From Laetmonice hystrix (taxonomy: Eukaryota): DNA of 64,000 bases. Under the pieces are notes generated by a model that worked only from the letters and a program-made list of their open reading frames with translations, searched no databases and was not told the origin of the DNA. Position 1 is the stretch's first letter; each line of letters starts with the position of its first letter. This document shows, piece after piece, positions 60,611 through 64,000 of the stretch. A program made the position numbers and the translations under genes. Where the stretch lies: contig OZ249436.1 of the NCBI GenBank assembly GCA_965235115.1, positions 26,228,001-26,292,000 of the forward strand, written 5' to 3'.

Positions 60611-62665
60611 TATCCCATCCCCTATCCAGGGGATGGGATCTAGAAATTGTGTGGTTTCGGTTTCCGTATTATTATTTGCGTAGTAGTAGTAGTAGTAGTA
60701 GTAGTAAACAATGTGTTAACAGGGGTCATAACTCGGTCATTTTTCAAGATATCTAAGTCAAACTTGGTGGGCATATTGCCAGTCACCAACTCTGATCTGA
60801 CAATGAGTCATGACGTCACATGACGTAACGTCAGGACGTCATGACGTCATTCGTGTTGTGACTATTTGGACGACTTTCAAAGTCAATATGGATATTTTCC
60901 AGGAACTGATAACACTGTTAGAATTGGGCAAGGACCTAATTCATATTTTAGAAATATTTTGACCTTTGACCTTTGACATGTCATAAAACTAGGTCAAAGG
61001 TCAGAAAATGCTTAAATCCCTACTTCTTCCTCAATTTTCATTAAAATTTTATGAAATTGCACAGGGATGGTGTCTAACGAGAGTTTCAAAGGATTCAGGT
61101 TAGCTACAGTTGATTTGACCTATATTCGCTGAGTCACGTGACTTCAAAGTTTTGAACAGTGGTCAATTTGGCTATCTATTGCTGTAACTCATAAACGGTG
61201 CCACAAAGGGCCATAGTTACTATTGAACACGAATAGGAAGTCATGCATGCTCTTTCAGTTGACGCCAAGTTTGATGACGTAGCGTGACGTATGACGTCAT
61301 AAGGACGTCATCAGTATTTTCTAGGGTGTATAACTCCTAAACGGTGGGAGATAAAGCCATGGTTACTATTGAACATGAATAGGAAGTCATACATGCTCTT
61401 TTAATTGACACTAACATTTAATAGGTAGCGTGACGTATGACGTCATAATGACGTCATTGGTATCTTCTATGGCCTATAAGTCGAAAACAGTGCAAGATAG
61501 GACCATAGTTACTATTGAACACGAATAGGAAGTCATACATGCTCTTTCAATTGAGGCCAAGTTTGATGACGTACCGTGACGTATGACGTCATAATAACGT
61601 CATCGATATTTTCTAGGGCCTATAACTCTTAAACGGTGGGAGATAAAGCCATGGTTACTATTGAACATGAATAGGAAGTCATACATTCTCTTTCAATTGA
61701 CACCAACGTTTGTTAGGTAGCGTGACGTATGACGTTATAATGACGTCATTGGTATCTTCTATGGCCTATAACTCGAAATCAGTGCAAGATAGGACCATAG
61801 TTACTATTGAACACGAATAGGAAGTCATACATGCTTTTTCAATTGAGGCCAAGTTTCATGACGTAGCGTGACGTATGACGTCATCAGTATTTTTCAGGGT
61901 ATATAACTCCTAAACGGTGGAAGATAGAGCCATGGTTACTATTCAACACAAATAGGAAGTCATGGATGCTCTTTCAATTGAGGCCAAGGGTAATGACGCA
62001 GCGTGACGTATGACGTCATAATGACGTCATCAATATTTTCTAAGGCCTATAACTCCTAAATGGTGGTAGATAGAGCCATGGTTACTATTGAACACAAATA
62101 GTAAGTCATGCATGCTCTTCCAGTTGACGCAGAGTTTGATGACGTAGCGTGACGTATGGCGTCATAATGACGTCATAAATATTTTCGAAGGGCTATAACT
62201 GCTAAACGGTGGGAGATAAAGCCGTGATTACTATTGAACGCGAATAGGAAGTCATACATGCTTTTTCAATTGACACCAAAATTTATAAGGTAGCGTGACG
62301 TATGACGTCATAATGACGTCATTGGTATCTTCTATGGCCTATAACTCAAGAACGGTGCAAGATAGGACCATAGTTACTATTGAACACAAATAGGAAGTTA
62401 TATATGCCCTATTATTTGAAGCCAAGTTTGATGACGTAGTGTGACGTATGACGTCATAATTACGTCATCAATATTTTTTAAGGCCTTTAACTCCTAACTG
62501 GTGGGAGATAAAGCCATGGTCACTATTAAACACGAATAGGAAGTCATACATGCTCTTTCAATTGACATCAACATTTATAAACGTCATAATGACCTTACTA
62601 CGTCATAGGGATATGCCCCCCAAGGGATGGGATCCATCGTGGTTTTAACCACGACAGGTCTAGTT
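60611..62665 (+). mobile_element. Complete Helentron-associated element (HINE) with a 146-bp tandem array, in GRWD1 intron 3
   Basis: 5' subTIR/hairpin atcccatcccct..aggggatgggat, (GTA)n microsatellite, ~10 units of 146 bp, 3' subTIR gggatgggat, hairpin tcgtggtt-tt-aaccacga, ends ctagt in a T-rich site. Confidence 0.85.
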
Positions 62666-63121
62666 TTATTCGGAATTGGTCATAGAATTTGATAGTTTTG
62701 GTCTGGAAAAGTCTGGTAATGCTCAGGGGGGTGTGGGGGGGTGAAGGGGGGGGGTGTATGTCCAAGCGTTACAGTCCATTATAAAGCTCTATTGAAAGCG
62801 TTATGGGGGTGGGGGTGTGTCAGATTTTGGTTAGAATAGCATTACATAATTTATGGACGCCCCTAACAGGTATGTCCTAGGTAACGGTGCACATTAAAAA
62901 TGTCTCAGGCTCTCGGTAAACTAGAGTCACTTGACCCCACTCGAGCTCAAGCCACACCCTAGCCCTGGCCAAGCCCCACCCCTCAAACCCATTCCAACCC
63001 CAGCTTAGCTGACATCACAATAGGGAACTAGTATAGTGTCATATAGCAGTAGAGGATGTACCATTTCTCCCTGCTCTTTATTTTCCGATTGGTGTCCATG
63101 GCCCAGTTCCTAAAAAACTTA

Positions 63122-63652
63122 AGGCCCAGCCACACAGAGCCGACTACCCCCGACCCGATGGTCTAGGGGAGTCGAGTCGGGGGTAGTCGGCCCTGTCTGG
63201 CATGGTCAGTCGGCCGTAGTCGGGTGTTTTTCACCGACTGACCAGTCCGGTTGTTCATCTTGTCCTGCACAAGATGAGCGACCAAACGGTTTGGTCTCGT
63301 CAGGCCTAGTCGGGCCTGTGTGGCATACCTACCGACCAGACTCAACAGTCGGGCTGCTTACCAGCCAATCACAGCGCACACCATACAAACGCTACTCCCA
63401 AGATACCCTGCGAGCGGGACAACACAAACAACATGGCGGAGTGGGAACTACCGCTAGGGGAATGAATAGTTACAATAGTATATACTGGTCACGAGTGGTG
63501 TCGCTAGTGTGGCATCCCACTCCCGACTTTCGGATCGCATTCAGTGTGGCATGGTTGGGCATATATCAGACTGACTGAGTAGTTGGCCAATTTGGACCCC
63601 CCGGGCCTCCGACCATCGGGTTGGGGGTAGTCGGCTCTGTGTGGCCGGGCCT
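63122..63652. mobile_element. PIF/Harbinger MITE
   Basis: ~40-bp TIR aggccc(a/g)gccacacagagccgactaccccc..cccgatggtc, TTA TSD. Confidence 0.85.
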
Positions 63653-64000
63653 TTAAGATCTTGCTTAAGCTTCACACTTCTGATTGGCTGGTCTGCTTAG
63701 ACCAGCCCAGAAGCATTAAGCTAAAACTTAAACGAAAAGACCATCGCCAGTCTGTATAGGCCAGGCACACATGCCGTGATATTCTAAGCAAGTTAAAAAA
63801 TATTTGAACACAATTGGTGCTCAGATGGTTAAGATATAGGCACTTTAGTGCCGGAGGGTTCTTACAACCTGCTCAGCTGGTGAAGGCCGCCATTCCTTGG
63901 GCTAATCTCAAAGTGCGCATGCTCGCCCTAGGTCACGTTATGGGGGTGGGGAGGAACTGGAAGCTGACGCACCTGTTGCGTTGATCGATTTGGAAGGCAG

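Overview
Eukaryotic (animal, probably marine invertebrate) genomic DNA, with no sign of prokaryotic organisation or CRISPR. Two spliceosomal host genes point away from each other. A calmodulin-like gene lies on the minus strand (ATG at 9091; exons 9089-9091, 5676-5718, 1524-1667, 1-30, running off the left edge). GRWD1 lies on the plus strand (ATG 53583; exons 53583-53793, 59516-59793, 60077-60287, continuing right). The ~44 kb between them and most introns are a stack of nested, mostly non-autonomous DNA transposons (EnSpm/CACTA, Academ, pogo/Tc1, PIF-Harbinger, Kolobok, hAT, ISL2EU-like, Helentron-type) plus tandem arrays (53/59, 72, 55, 146 and 161 bp units). The most striking structure is two near-identical EnSpm-type elements, each with its own 2-bp TSD, inserted head-to-head 22 bp apart. 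They form a palindrome with ~3.7-kb arms (15463-22890), each arm carrying an intron-containing SAM/SAMD3-like accessory gene, and a third transposon sits 13 bp further on. Family assignments rest on termini, TSDs and motifs read by eye; no database searches were run.
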